Sequence record: SRR20825019_114
Direction: 5' to 3' (one strand)
DNA length: 64,000 bases
The translations under genes were made by a program, and so were the position numbers. Positions within the stretch are counted from its first letter, which is position 1. Each line of letters starts with the position of its first letter. The notes below the pieces were generated by a model. It searched no databases. It was not told the DNA's origin and saw only the letters and a program-made list of their open reading frames with translations. Positions 9,884 through 21,865 of this stretch are shown here, piece after piece.

Positions 9884-11467
9884 CTAGCTGGCGGCGGCTG
9901 TTGGCGCGACAAGAAAGTTGGGGCTGGGTTTCCCGAAAAAATAACCCTGCCCATAGTCAACGCCCATTTCCCGCAGCAGGTTTGCATGTTCCTGCGTTTC
10001 CACCCATTCCCCAACAGTGACAATATCGAGGTCTTTGCACAAAGTTACCATAGAACGCAGAAATGCCCTGTCTTCCTTGCTGGTCAGTGCGTCTTTAATG
10101 TAGGCGCCGTCAATTTTCAGTGCATCCACCTTGAGCTTCTTTAGGTACTGGAAGCCCGCAGCGCCCGCGCCAAAATCATCCAGATAGACCTTGAAACCGA
10201 TCGCGCGCACTTCGTCCAGAATTTCGCTCAGCAGGTCAAGGTCATGGATCTTGGCTGACTCTGTAATCTCTAGTGATAAATATTGCTTCAGGTCCTTGTT
10301 GCCGCGCAGCAAGGACATCAGCTCAAAAATGAATCCCTGATTAGACAGAGAACGCCCTGAGAGGTTCACCGCGATGCCAGGGGAGCCGCCCTTTTTGAGC
10401 ATGCCCCGGATTTTGGCGATCGCCAGGTTAATTACAGCATAGTCAAATTCATCAATCAGCCCAATATCTTCTGCGAAACGGATCATTTCCCACTGAGTTT
10501 TGATAACAGGTGGCAGCTCGAAACGGGTCAGCGCCTCAAAATGATGGGTTGTGGCTTTCTTGAGGTCAACAATCGGCTGGAATACAAGTGAAAAACGTCC
10601 CTCGTCCAGCACCTCGCGGAAGGCTCGCACACGCTCCGTAGTTTCACCAATCAATGTGCTGCAATTCTTCTGAATTTGGTCGACCGCAAAACCTTCATTG
10701 CCTGAGGCAAAGCTTTGCAAGCTGAAAATCAGCGCCCGCATATTGTCGGTTTCGCTTAGCCGTGCTTCAGAAGCATCGATGGTTGCCCCCTTCAGCGTCA
10801 CGCCTGTCGCGCGCGCAAGCTCTGCTGCAATATCAGCAGCTTCTTTCTTGGGGCTGGTTTTGTCGTGCACCACAGCAAACTTATCATCTGCGATTTGTGT
10901 GGCATGGGCGCCACCAACCGAGAAGGATTGCAAATAACGCTCGATATCCAGAAGCTTTTCGTCGTCGAGATTCTGACCAGCCGAAGCTTCCAGAACCGTC
11001 ACCAGCATGTTTTCTGCCGCGTCCGGATTGCCTTCAAACAGGCCCTCCAAGCGGTTGAAGAACTCACGTTTTTTATCTTCCGTTTTTTGCGCTGGAGTGT
11101 TCTTGCTGTCGCTTTTACCCAACCTATAGGGCTTTGAAAGCACCATATAGACCCGGTCTTCAGCGGTCGGCAGTTTGGCGAGGAAAACAGCAAATTCTGT
11201 TTTAGCCGCGCCTTCTTTCCCAATGGAAATAACAAACGGTCCAAGCCGGTTGGCCCCCGTCAACATTTTGACCGAGCTTTCGATAACACCCCGGCCACTT
11301 TTTGTCAGAAAATCCAGAAAATTAAGGCCGCCACCAACAGTGCCGAGTGTATTTTTGATAGCACCATCCGCATTCAGGATACGGAAATCCATATCAAGCT
11401 CGAGAAGTACGTCTCCAACACAAAATGCGTATCCCAGGAATCTGTCTGGTACCTTGGTCATATCCAC
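9884..11467 (-). CDS. EAL-domain c-di-GMP phosphodiesterase with PAS-like N-terminus
   Basis: FQPIV, EAL, EITES, DDFGAG, KIDG, EWVE and QGYFFGKP motifs are all present; no GGDEF motif seen. Confidence 0.9.
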   Translation of the reverse strand: MDMTKVPDRFLGYAFCVGDVLLELDMDFRILNADGAIKNTLGTVGGGLNFLDFLTKSGRGVIESSVKMLTGANRLGPFVISIGKEGAAKTEFAVFLAKLPTAEDRVYMVLSKPYRLGKSDSKNTPAQKTEDKKREFFNRLEGLFEGNPDAAENMLVTVLEASAGQNLDDEKLLDIERYLQSFSVGGAHATQIADDKFAVVHDKTSPKKEAADIAAELARATGVTLKGATIDASEARLSETDNMRALIFSLQSFASGNEGFAVDQIQKNCSTLIGETTERVRAFREVLDEGRFSLVFQPIVDLKKATTHHFEALTRFELPPVIKTQWEMIRFAEDIGLIDEFDYAVINLAIAKIRGMLKKGGSPGIAVNLSGRSLSNQGFIFELMSLLRGNKDLKQYLSLEITESAKIHDLDLLSEILDEVRAIGFKVYLDDFGAGAAGFQYLKKLKVDALKIDGAYIKDALTSKEDRAFLRSMVTLCKDLDIVTVGEWVETQEHANLLREMGVDYGQGYFFGKPSPNFLVAPTAAAS

Positions 11468-11757
11468 TCACAATAGCTACCCTGTGGCTCCCAGATATAT
11501 TGACCAAGCGCCACGCCCCATGTGCTATTTGGCACAGATAAGGTTATCAAATCGTAAAATGATGCCCAATAATCTGCTCCTTCTATCAATTTTAAGCAAA
11601 ATCATTAGATAATGCAAACCGTTAAAATATATGGACTTTTTCATCAGTCGAAGCGGCCATGGAAGTGCATAGTGAGAATAATGGACCGGGCTGACAGTAG
11701 GCTTTCTAAGCCAACAATACTTATAGTTAATAAAACACCACTTATCAGTGCGCGCCC

Positions 11758-11775
11758 ATTTCACCAATATGTCAA
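11758..11775 (+). promoter_or_regulatory. Possible Pho box upstream of phoD
   Basis: ATTTCAC-caat-ATGTCAA with 11-bp period; only loosely matches CTGTCAT-N4-CTGTCAT. Confidence 0.3.
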
Positions 11776-11932
11776 ATAAGCCAGCTAAGGGGAAAGGCAT
11801 CACCATGTGGAACACTTGCCAAAACGGGCCGCAGGTGGCAGGATTTCGCATCTTATTGATGAATTTATCAGTATAAGACCAAGCGTTCGGGATGCTGCCC
11901 ATCTGCATCCGTCCATGCTCAGGGGGAATATA

Positions 11933-13783
11933 ATGTTTGACCGCCAGCCTTCCACCACCCGCCGTGCGTTTATCGGCACCATAGGCGCCAGCTTGGGCGC
12001 CTTGTCCCTTCGCGGGCATGCAGCGCGCGCGGAAGCCAGCGTGCATTACACCCATGGTGTCGCAAGCGGTGACCCTTTGGCAACCAGCGTGATTATATGG
12101 ACACGCGCGCTGCCCGGCGATGGCACCCCGAAAAACCTACCGCTTGAATGGCAGATTGCAACCGACGATGAGTTCACTGATATCGTCTCGAGCGGTGAAA
12201 CCTCTGCGCTTGTTGCGCGGGACCATATCGCGAAGGTGGACGCTGGCGGACTTGAGCCCGGGAAAAATTATTTCTACCGCTTCAAGGCTGAAGACGGCAC
12301 TACAAGCCCGGTGGGACGCACCCGCACCCTGCCGCGCGAAGGTGTTGCAAGCGTCAAGTTCGGTGTAGTGTCCTGCTCCAACTACCCACAGGGGTATTTC
12401 AACGTTTATAAGGCGCTGGCGGAACGTGATGTCGACGCGGTTTTGCATCTGGGCGACTATATCTATGAGTATCCAGAGGGCGTTTATTCAAACGCTGCAG
12501 CCGTTGCCAAAGGCCGCGCGGTAAAACCCAAGCATGAGCTCATCGCACTTGAGGACTACCGGGAGCGCTATGGCCTCTACCGATCAGACCCCGACCTTCA
12601 GGCCGTGCATGCAGCCCATCCGTTTATCTGTGTGTGGGACGACCATGAGATTGCCAACAACAGCTGGAAAGACGGGGCTGAAAACCATAACGAGGGTGAA
12701 GGTGAGTATGCTGTCAGGAAGGCCGCGGCTATCCGCGCCTATCACGAATGGCTCCCGATCCGCGACCGAGTGAAGGGCGGCGCAGGCCCCATTTACCGCA
12801 GTTTCAACTATGGTGGGATCGCATCTCTTATCATGCTCGATACCCGCATCGAAGGCCGGGACAAACAGCTTTCTTATGAGACAGACCTGCCTTACCGCAC
12901 GCTACCGTTTGACATGCGCGATGAGGCTAACCCCAAGGCGATCCTGAGTGCGGAAGCCATGGAAGGCGTGCCCGAGAATGCCGTCCAGCATATTCCGGTA
13001 CCCTTTGACCTGCGCGGCGAGAAGCCTGCGCCCATGACAGACCTGACGGAGATCAACAAGCTGGACCCTAAGGCACTGCCACAAGGTTTCAGTTACCTAC
13101 CAGATGGCGAGAAATTCAAATCCGACGTGCTGGGCGCAAAATCACGCACCATCCTTGGCAAAATTCAGGAAGACTGGCTAGCAGCAGAGCTCAGACGCTC
13201 GAAATCGCAGAATATCCCATGGCAGGTGCTTGGCCAGCAGCTTCTGGTGGGCAAGGTAACCATGCCTATGCTGCAGGACAGCGACCTTGATTTCAACAAA
13301 CCCACCTACATCAGCAAGGAACGCTTTAAAGCAGCGCAAATGCTCGCCCAGATGGGCCTGCCCTTTAACCTGGATTTCTGGGATGGGTATCCCACCTGCC
13401 GCGACCGGGTGTTTGACGACATAAAGGATAACGCGAAAAACGCTATCTTCCTCGCAGGAGACACCCATAACGCCTGGGCCTTCAATCTCAGGGACAAGCG
13501 CGGCGACGCCGTGGCTGTGGAATTCGGCACACCTAGCGTCAGCTCACCGGGGCTTGAGACCTATATCCCGGCGGAGCCGGACGTGGTCACAAACGCGCTC
13601 AAAAAATCCAGCCCTGAACTGGCTTATCTCGATAGTACCCACCGTGGCTGGCTTGAATTGAGCCTCAACCGGGAAGAGGCCGTCGCCAACTGGTTCTATG
13701 TCTCAACGGTGTTGGAGCAGGAATTTGAAGTGATCTCTGGGCCAAAAATGACCACAATGGTTGGCAGTCACACGGTCACATAA
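11933..13783 (+). CDS. phoD: Alkaline phosphatase D (Tat-exported)
   Basis: Tat signal TRRAFIG; HGVASGDP, HLGDYIYE, WDDHE, LDTR, WDGY and GDTH motifs. Confidence 0.93.
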   Translation: MFDRQPSTTRRAFIGTIGASLGALSLRGHAARAEASVHYTHGVASGDPLATSVIIWTRALPGDGTPKNLPLEWQIATDDEFTDIVSSGETSALVARDHIAKVDAGGLEPGKNYFYRFKAEDGTTSPVGRTRTLPREGVASVKFGVVSCSNYPQGYFNVYKALAERDVDAVLHLGDYIYEYPEGVYSNAAAVAKGRAVKPKHELIALEDYRERYGLYRSDPDLQAVHAAHPFICVWDDHEIANNSWKDGAENHNEGEGEYAVRKAAAIRAYHEWLPIRDRVKGGAGPIYRSFNYGGIASLIMLDTRIEGRDKQLSYETDLPYRTLPFDMRDEANPKAILSAEAMEGVPENAVQHIPVPFDLRGEKPAPMTDLTEINKLDPKALPQGFSYLPDGEKFKSDVLGAKSRTILGKIQEDWLAAELRRSKSQNIPWQVLGQQLLVGKVTMPMLQDSDLDFNKPTYISKERFKAAQMLAQMGLPFNLDFWDGYPTCRDRVFDDIKDNAKNAIFLAGDTHNAWAFNLRDKRGDAVAVEFGTPSVSSPGLETYIPAEPDVVTNALKKSSPELAYLDSTHRGWLELSLNREEAVANWFYVSTVLEQEFEVISGPKMTTMVGSHTVT

Positions 13784-13836
13784 TGCGCACAGGATGTGCC
13801 CGGTTATCTTGAACCGGGCACTCGCTTTTGATGCGA

Positions 13837-14433
13837 TCAATGCCAGGATGGATCGTGGCTTTGCCGATAGGCGGGGCGATCCTTGATACGCCGCACGTAA
13901 GCCGCAACTTTTGCGCTCGGTGCCTCCAGCCATCCAAACTGAACAGCGAAATCCAAAAACCCACCGAATACAACATCGGCAGCCGTAAATTTATCTCCCA
14001 ATGCCCAATCAGTTTCGGGTGTCATCTGCTCGATGGTTGCAAGGCACCGGCCCAAGTCACCAAACCCCACTGACTGTGCAGGATAGTCTTCTATACCCAA
14101 TGACTTGAGGGTAAACATTGGCTCCAGAGTAGTGCCCGGAACGAACATGTATCGGTAGTATGTACCGCGCTCATCAGAGCCCATATCAGGTGCAAGACCT
14201 TTCTCAGGAAATTTATCCGCAAGATATGCGCAAATTGCTGCAACCTCCGTAACCACGACATCACCATCCACCAAAGTGGGGACCTTCCCCATTGGGTTAA
14301 CCGCGCGGAACTCTGGTGTGGCTGTTTCACCATTTGTGAAATCGACAACTACCTGTTCATGGGCGGCATCAAGCTCAAGAAGCATCCAGTGCGTTGTCAC
14401 CGCCCTGCTCATAGGATTAAAATAATGTTTCAT
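13837..14433 (-). CDS. Glutathione S-transferase family protein
   Basis: NPMGKVPTL, TEVAAICAYLAD and FTAADV motifs; ATG 14433 behind AGGAG. Confidence 0.93.
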   Translation of the reverse strand: MKHYFNPMSRAVTTHWMLLELDAAHEQVVVDFTNGETATPEFRAVNPMGKVPTLVDGDVVVTEVAAICAYLADKFPEKGLAPDMGSDERGTYYRYMFVPGTTLEPMFTLKSLGIEDYPAQSVGFGDLGRCLATIEQMTPETDWALGDKFTAADVVFGGFLDFAVQFGWLEAPSAKVAAYVRRIKDRPAYRQSHDPSWH

Positions 14434-14476
14434 TGCAAACTCTCCTAAACTTTGAGCCTGCACCCTACATGCCCAC

Positions 14477-14495
14477 CCCGACAAAAATTGTCAGG
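14477..14495. promoter_or_regulatory. Palindromic operator upstream of GST
   Basis: CCTGACA-N5-TGTCGGG on the minus strand, about 45 bp before the start codon. Confidence 0.5.
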
Positions 14496-14621
14496 AGTGT
14501 GTTGTTCAATAAGCTATAAGGCTGGAGACTACTGCCGACCTCGAACCAATGCCGCAAAGCATCCGATGGCAACCTCCCCAGAAGTTGCCTCCTGAATGAT
14601 GGCGTATGGCGCTTTTTCCAC

Positions 14622-15074
14622 TCATTGTAGGTCGCTGGCCTCTATCTCCTGCGCCAGCCCGATGAGGATTCCTTCCGGCCCACGAATATAGCAAAGACGG
14701 TAGATATTCGCGTATTCAACCACCTTGCCGATAAGTTCAGCGCCAAGCGGGTATAGCCGGGCAAGCGTTTCGTCGAGGTCCTCGACCGTGAACATAACAC
14801 GCAGATAGCCAAGAGCGTTAACGGGATCGCGGCGATGGTCAGCCGCAACAGCCGGTGTCTCGAACCGTGAAAGCTCAAGTCTGCTGTGGCCGTCGGGTGT
14901 CACCATCATGGCAATCTCACAGCGCATACCCCTTAGGCCCGTGACACCTTCAGCCCATTCACCTCCGACTGAGGTTCTCCCCTCCAGAGAAAGGCCCAGT
15001 TCCATGAAGAAAGCGACAGAAATGTCCAAATCTTCAACCACGATACCGACATTATCCATACGCTTAATGCTCAT
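14622..15074 (-). CDS. VOC/glyoxalase family protein
   Basis: MDNVGIVVEDL, LELSRF, CYIRGPEGILIGL. Confidence 0.9.
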   Translation of the reverse strand: MSIKRMDNVGIVVEDLDISVAFFMELGLSLEGRTSVGGEWAEGVTGLRGMRCEIAMMVTPDGHSRLELSRFETPAVAADHRRDPVNALGYLRVMFTVEDLDETLARLYPLGAELIGKVVEYANIYRLCYIRGPEGILIGLAQEIEASDLQ

Positions 15075-15110
15075 GATATCTCCCTGGCATCTCGCACTCC
15101 GTCCGCGGAA

Positions 15111-15542
15111 CTATAGCTCGTCAAATTGCGGCAGATCATCGGTGATGGTATGCCACGGTGCTTTGGAACCCACATAGATGTGGCGCGTGGGTTTGAGCGA
15201 AGGTTCGTCCATCAGCGTGCCCATGCTTACATGGACATACTGCCCGTCCCGTACCAAAGAATAAAGGAAAGAACCACAGGTGCGGCACCGCACATCATGG
15301 TCCACTGCCCCACCATATATCATCAAATTATCACCGCCGCCGGTTACGGAAAGCGCGTCCAGTTTTATGCCCGCCATTGCCTTGTAAGCGGAGCCCGTGG
15401 CGCGGCGGCATACGCTGCAGTGGCAGTTCATGGCATATTCAAAAGCGTCTTCCACCTCATAAACCACTGCCTCACAAAAGCATTTTCCCTTAAGTATCGC
15501 GCCTTTGGTGTGAGTACCGACCGCCTTATTATGCTTACTCAT
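15111..15542 (-). CDS. GFA/CENP-V family zinc protein
   Basis: GKCFC, CHCSVCRR, CRTCGS, HIYVGSKAPW. Confidence 0.9.
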   Translation of the reverse strand: MSKHNKAVGTHTKGAILKGKCFCEAVVYEVEDAFEYAMNCHCSVCRRATGSAYKAMAGIKLDALSVTGGGDNLMIYGGAVDHDVRCRTCGSFLYSLVRDGQYVHVSMGTLMDEPSLKPTRHIYVGSKAPWHTITDDLPQFDEL

Positions 15543-15693
15543 AGTATCCTCTTGTTTTTGCTGTCGCTTATTTCAAACGGGATGCTGCCCGACCAGCCGC
15601 CAACGGGCAACTACCTGCGGGGTCATGTTCAGGGTTCCCAAAAAGAATCTCACATTATTGTCGCGCCTCCCTTGCAAAACGGTGAAAAATACT

Positions 15694-15712
15694 TACTTTG
15701 TTTTTCAAAGTA
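15694..15712. promoter_or_regulatory. Palindrome between GFA gene and ABC exporter operon
   Basis: Perfect TACTTTG-N5-CAAAGTA in an AT-rich divergent intergenic region. Confidence 0.45.
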
Positions 15713-15879
15713 CTTTATTAAAAATATTCGAGTGATGCCATGGTTAATATTGTATGAACAAAGCAATTTCCCATATGGGGATAAGGGCATCTAGGTTAGT
15801 ATCTGCCGCTCGAAACGGTAGACTATAGGTTGTATAAGGGCCAACAAGGGCCAAGTAAGCAACCACGACAGGGGGACAT

Positions 15880-16926
15880 ATGAACGACAAAAGCGAACTT
15901 CTCAGCCAATTGAAAATTGACCGCTCTGCGGCACCTGCAAGGTCGGGCGGCTCGCCCGCCAAATATCTGGTAGCAGGTGTTGTTGTGGCTCTTATGGGCC
16001 TTGGCGGCGGTTATTATATGACAACGGCTGATGAGGTGACGGAAGACACAAGCGCAGCCCCATCAACAGCCAGCAGCACCGCAAACGACAACGCAAGCAG
16101 CAGCGCGGTGGCGGATGCTAAACCAGCGCCGCGGGCCGTACCGGCATCAGACAGTATCCTCAACGCGTCCGGCTATATTACGGCGCGCCGCATGGCCACC
16201 GTGTCAGCCGAGGTTATGGGCCTGATCACAGACGTTGCTGTTGAAGAAGGCATGACCGTAACAGAAGGCCAGGTACTGGCTAAATTGGATGATACCATTC
16301 CGAGTGTTGACCTAAGGCTCGCGGAAGCACAGGTCCATGTACTTGATGCCCGGCTAGAGGGCGCGATGGCTAACCTCGCAGAAGCCAAACGTGTGCTCAA
16401 GCGGGCGTCAGAATTGAAAACCAATGACTTCTCGTCAGAGGCCAGCGTTTCCCGTGCGCAAGCGGAAGTGGATAGCCTCGGCGCCTCCATTACCGGTATT
16501 CGCGCCGATATTGAGGTTGCGCAACTTGGTGCCCAGCGCCAACGCGAACGGCTGGCCGACCACACCATCCGCGCACCGTTTGACGGTGTTGTAACGGTGA
16601 AAAACGCACAGCCGGGCGAGATTGTATCACCAAGCTCTGCGGGCGGCGGGTTCACCCGTACAGGTATCTGCACGATTGTGGACATGACCTCGCTCGAGAT
16701 CGAGGTTGACGTAAACGAAGCCTATATTGGCCGTGTGTTTCAAGGCCAGAAGGTTGAAGCCCAGCTGGATGCCTATCCAGACTGGAAAATCCCGGCGTCG
16801 GTGATTGCTATCATCCCGACAGCGGACCGCGCCAAAGCCACTGTGCGGGTGCGCATCAGCATCGATACGGAGGACACCCGTATCTTGCCGGACATGGGCG
16901 TCAAAGTAGCGTTCATGAAGGCATAA
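15880..16926 (+). CDS. Efflux periplasmic adaptor (MacA-like membrane fusion protein)
   Basis: Single N-terminal TM, lipoyl half-motifs (VEEGMTV, IRAPFDGVV), coiled coil, ILPDMGVKV. Confidence 0.92.
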   Translation: MNDKSELLSQLKIDRSAAPARSGGSPAKYLVAGVVVALMGLGGGYYMTTADEVTEDTSAAPSTASSTANDNASSSAVADAKPAPRAVPASDSILNASGYITARRMATVSAEVMGLITDVAVEEGMTVTEGQVLAKLDDTIPSVDLRLAEAQVHVLDARLEGAMANLAEAKRVLKRASELKTNDFSSEASVSRAQAEVDSLGASITGIRADIEVAQLGAQRQRERLADHTIRAPFDGVVTVKNAQPGEIVSPSSAGGGFTRTGICTIVDMTSLEIEVDVNEAYIGRVFQGQKVEAQLDAYPDWKIPASVIAIIPTADRAKATVRVRISIDTEDTRILPDMGVKVAFMKA

Positions 16927-16956
16927 CAACACATCACAACCCATAGACAGGGGGAC

Positions 16957-17658
16957 ATGACTATGAGTGACGACATTCTTTTTGACCTTAAATCGGTTGG
17001 TAAGGGCTTTACGCGAGGTAAAGAATCCATCCAGATATTCAACGATCTTGATATGCAAATCAGGAAAGGTGACTTTCTCGCCATCATGGGGCCATCCGGC
17101 TCGGGCAAAACCACGCTTCTTAACATGCTTGGCGGGGTGGACCAGCCAACGTCAGGCGAGGTGTGGTTTGATGGCGCCCGGGTTGATACGCTCTCGGAAG
17201 GCCAGCTTGCCAACTGGCGCGCCAATAATATCGGCTTTATTTTCCAGTTTTATAACCTGATGCCCATGCTGACCGCCGCGCGCAATGTTGAACTGCCGCT
17301 GCTGCTCACGAACCTTAGCAAAAAAGAGCGTAAACAGAGTGTTGCCACAGCGCTTGAGCTTGTGGGCCTCGCCGACCGCGCGGGCCATATGCCGAGCCAG
17401 ATGTCAGGCGGGCAGCAACAACGTGTTGCCATCGCGCGGGCCATTGTAGCAGACCCCAAGCTGATGCTGTGTGACGAGCCAACAGGCGACCTTGACCGCC
17501 ACACCGCAGATGAAATTCTGGAGATGCTGCAACTTCTCAACGACAAATTTGGCAAAACCATCGTGATGGTGACACACGACCCGGCTGCAGCCAAATATGC
17601 CAAGCGTACGCTGCACCTAGATAAAGGGGAATTCGTCGAGAAGGACCTGGCGGCATGA
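16957..17658 (+). CDS. ABC transporter ATP-binding protein (LolD/MacB type)
   Basis: GPSGSGKT, MSGGQQQR, DEPTGDLD, VTHD. Confidence 0.95.
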   Translation: MTMSDDILFDLKSVGKGFTRGKESIQIFNDLDMQIRKGDFLAIMGPSGSGKTTLLNMLGGVDQPTSGEVWFDGARVDTLSEGQLANWRANNIGFIFQFYNLMPMLTAARNVELPLLLTNLSKKERKQSVATALELVGLADRAGHMPSQMSGGQQQRVAIARAIVADPKLMLCDEPTGDLDRHTADEILEMLQLLNDKFGKTIVMVTHDPAAAKYAKRTLHLDKGEFVEKDLAA

Positions 17659-18815
17659 GCGACTTTTATCTTGTCTTTAAGAACCTGACGCGGAAACCGC
17701 TCAGGTTTTTCCTCACCGTGTTCTCCATATTCATTGCTTTCATGATTTATGGCACACTGACAGCGTTCGAGACGGCGTTTAACGCAGGCGTTGAGCTTTC
17801 CGCCGATGACCGGCTGGTCTCGGTCAACAAAATCAACTTCACCCAGCCTTTGCCTATTTCCTATGTGCGGCGGGTTCAGTCGGTTGAAGGGGTTGAAGCG
17901 GTTGTGCACATGAACTGGTTTGGCGGTTACTATCAGGACCCTCAAAAGCAGATCATCGCCATGGCAGTAGACCCAGACAATCTCATACCTGTTTATGGCA
18001 AAGACCTTGTCCTCGAGGAAGAGCAGTTACAAGCCTGGCAGAGGAACCGTCAGGGTCTGATGGTTGGCCGCGCTGTTGCGGAACAGCACGGCTGGAAGGT
18101 GGGCGACCGTATCCCGCTGAATTCCAACATCTTCTCCCAGCATGACGGCTCAACCGCTTGGGAATTCGATATTGAAGCGGTGTATACGGGCCGTGACCCA
18201 CAGGTAGATACCAACAGCGTCTATCTGCACTATGAATATTTCAACGAAACACAGTCTTTCGGTGGCGACATGATCGGCTGGATGGGTATCCTTACAGCAG
18301 ACCCCCAGCAAAACGAACGTATCATCAAGGAAATTGACGAGATGTTCGCCAATTCCCCTTACGAGACCGAAACTGTGCCGGAGAAGGTTTTCAACAAAGG
18401 CTTCATCGAACAATTGGGCAATATCAGCCTGATCATTGGCTCCGTGGTCTTTATGGCCTTTTTCATTATTCTTGTGATTGTGGGTTTCTCCATGGTGCTT
18501 TCCATCCGCGAACGCACAGGCGAGATCGGCGTGATGAAAACACTTGGTTTCCAGTCTGGCCGTATCTTCAAGATGGTGCTGATGGAATCCATGCTTCTGG
18601 TCTTTATCGGGGGGGCGCTTGGCCTCTGGGTTGCAACCGGCATTCTTGGTTTCCTTAATAACCTGCCGCAGTTCCCGGTCCCGGATATTATCCTCAAACC
18701 CCACCTCCTGTTGCAGGCGGTCGGCATCATGGTGTTCCTCGGGTTCATCACCGGCATTATCCCGGCGGTCAACGCGCTTCGCCTCAACATCATTACTGCG
18801 CTTAGCAAGCATTAG
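17655..18815 (+). CDS. ABC transporter permease (FtsX/MacB family)
   Basis: One TM, periplasmic domain, then three TMs; ERTGEIGVMKTLGF. Confidence 0.92.
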   Translation: MSDFYLVFKNLTRKPLRFFLTVFSIFIAFMIYGTLTAFETAFNAGVELSADDRLVSVNKINFTQPLPISYVRRVQSVEGVEAVVHMNWFGGYYQDPQKQIIAMAVDPDNLIPVYGKDLVLEEEQLQAWQRNRQGLMVGRAVAEQHGWKVGDRIPLNSNIFSQHDGSTAWEFDIEAVYTGRDPQVDTNSVYLHYEYFNETQSFGGDMIGWMGILTADPQQNERIIKEIDEMFANSPYETETVPEKVFNKGFIEQLGNISLIIGSVVFMAFFIILVIVGFSMVLSIRERTGEIGVMKTLGFQSGRIFKMVLMESMLLVFIGGALGLWVATGILGFLNNLPQFPVPDIILKPHLLLQAVGIMVFLGFITGIIPAVNALRLNIITALSKH

Positions 18816-18827
18816 GAGGGACATGTC

Positions 18828-20018
18828 ATGACAAAACTATTTTCCCAAATCATTGCTGTTGTTGCAATGAACCTTCGCAGCCTGCCACAGCGCTTCTGGA
18901 TGTCTTTTGCGGCAACGCTTGCCATCGCGGTTGTGGTCACCGTGCTGCTCTCATTCCTTGCGATGTCAAACGGCTTCAAGGAAACGCTCACAGGCGCAGG
19001 TTCGGATGAGACCGCTATCGTGACAAGAAGCGGTTCAAAGTCTGAGCTCAATAGCGTGCTGGGCCGTGATACCGTCAACCTGATCGTAGCCTCTGAGGGC
19101 ATTGCCAAAGATGCGGAAGGCAACCCGATCTACTCGCCAGAGCTTTACGTGGTGGTGGACGGCATCAAACGGGCATCACAGACAGAAGCAAACCTGCCAA
19201 TGCGCGGCATTTCCGAAACCGGCTTTGCACTCCGGAAGAACGTGGAGATCGTGGAAGGTCGCATGTTCGAGCCGGGTACAAACGAAATTATCGCTGGTGC
19301 CAGTATCCAGCGTGAGTTCTCGGGCTTCGAGCTTGGAACAACTGTCCGCTTCGGTAAAACGGAATGGACCGTGGTGGGTATTTTCTCCACCGGCGGCAAT
19401 GCTTTTGAGGGTGAACTATGGGCTGACGCCCGCACCCTTCAAAGCCAGTTCAGGCGGGGTAACAGTTTCCAGACCGTACGCATCAAGCTGGCGGAGCCTG
19501 GGAATATTGACGGCCTTCTTGCAACAGTGGAGAACGATCCGCGTCTCATTCTGGATATCCAGACAGAGGCGGAGTTTTTTGCTGAGCAGGGCGATGCCCT
19601 GAGCGGCATGGTAAAGTTTGGCTGGGGCCTTTCTATCCTGATGGGGCTTGGTGCCCTCGCCGGTGCACTCAACACCATGTATACCTCTGTGGCGAGCCGC
19701 GCGTCCGAGATCGCAACCCTGCGCGCTATCGGCTTCAGTAACGTATCTGCCTTTTTTGGTACACTGGTAGAATCGGTTGTGCTTAGCCTCATTGGTGGGG
19801 TGATCGGCGCCATTGCGGCCTATAGCTTCATGGACGGTATTTCAACCAGCACCATGGGCGGCAACTTCACCCAGGTGGTGTTCCGTTTTGAACTGACGGC
19901 CGAGCTGTTTAAGGACGGCATGATTATGGCGCTCTGGATCGGCCTGATTGGCGGGTTCTTCCCCGCCTTCCGGGCCGCACGCCTGCCGGTGATTGTGGCA
20001 TTCAGAAACGCCGCTTAA
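18828..20018 (+). CDS. ABC transporter permease (FtsX/MacB family)
   Basis: Same topology; RASEIATLRAIGF and PAFRAARLP. Confidence 0.92.
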   Translation: MTKLFSQIIAVVAMNLRSLPQRFWMSFAATLAIAVVVTVLLSFLAMSNGFKETLTGAGSDETAIVTRSGSKSELNSVLGRDTVNLIVASEGIAKDAEGNPIYSPELYVVVDGIKRASQTEANLPMRGISETGFALRKNVEIVEGRMFEPGTNEIIAGASIQREFSGFELGTTVRFGKTEWTVVGIFSTGGNAFEGELWADARTLQSQFRRGNSFQTVRIKLAEPGNIDGLLATVENDPRLILDIQTEAEFFAEQGDALSGMVKFGWGLSILMGLGALAGALNTMYTSVASRASEIATLRAIGFSNVSAFFGTLVESVVLSLIGGVIGAIAAYSFMDGISTSTMGGNFTQVVFRFELTAELFKDGMIMALWIGLIGGFFPAFRAARLPVIVAFRNAA

Positions 20019-20038
20019 ATGCCTCAGGCAAGACATGC

Positions 20039-20072
20039 AAAAAGGCGGGGTTCCCCCCCGCCCTTTTCTTTT
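20039..20072. terminator. Bidirectional rho-independent terminator
   Basis: AAAAAGGCGGGG-loop-CCCCGCCCTTTTCTTTT between convergent operons. Confidence 0.8.
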
Positions 20073-20076
20073 GACT

Positions 20077-21852
<1,776 letters not shown>

Positions 21853-21865
21853 GATCCCTGCCCCC

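Noticed and set aside
11525-12055. 176-aa minus-strand ORF in the EAL-phoD intergenic region
   Set aside because: Overlaps the phoD start and AT-rich promoter DNA; no protein-like features.
15880-20018. MacAB-like exporter with two permeases and no outer-membrane factor
   Set aside because: A common arrangement; TolC-type partners are often encoded elsewhere.
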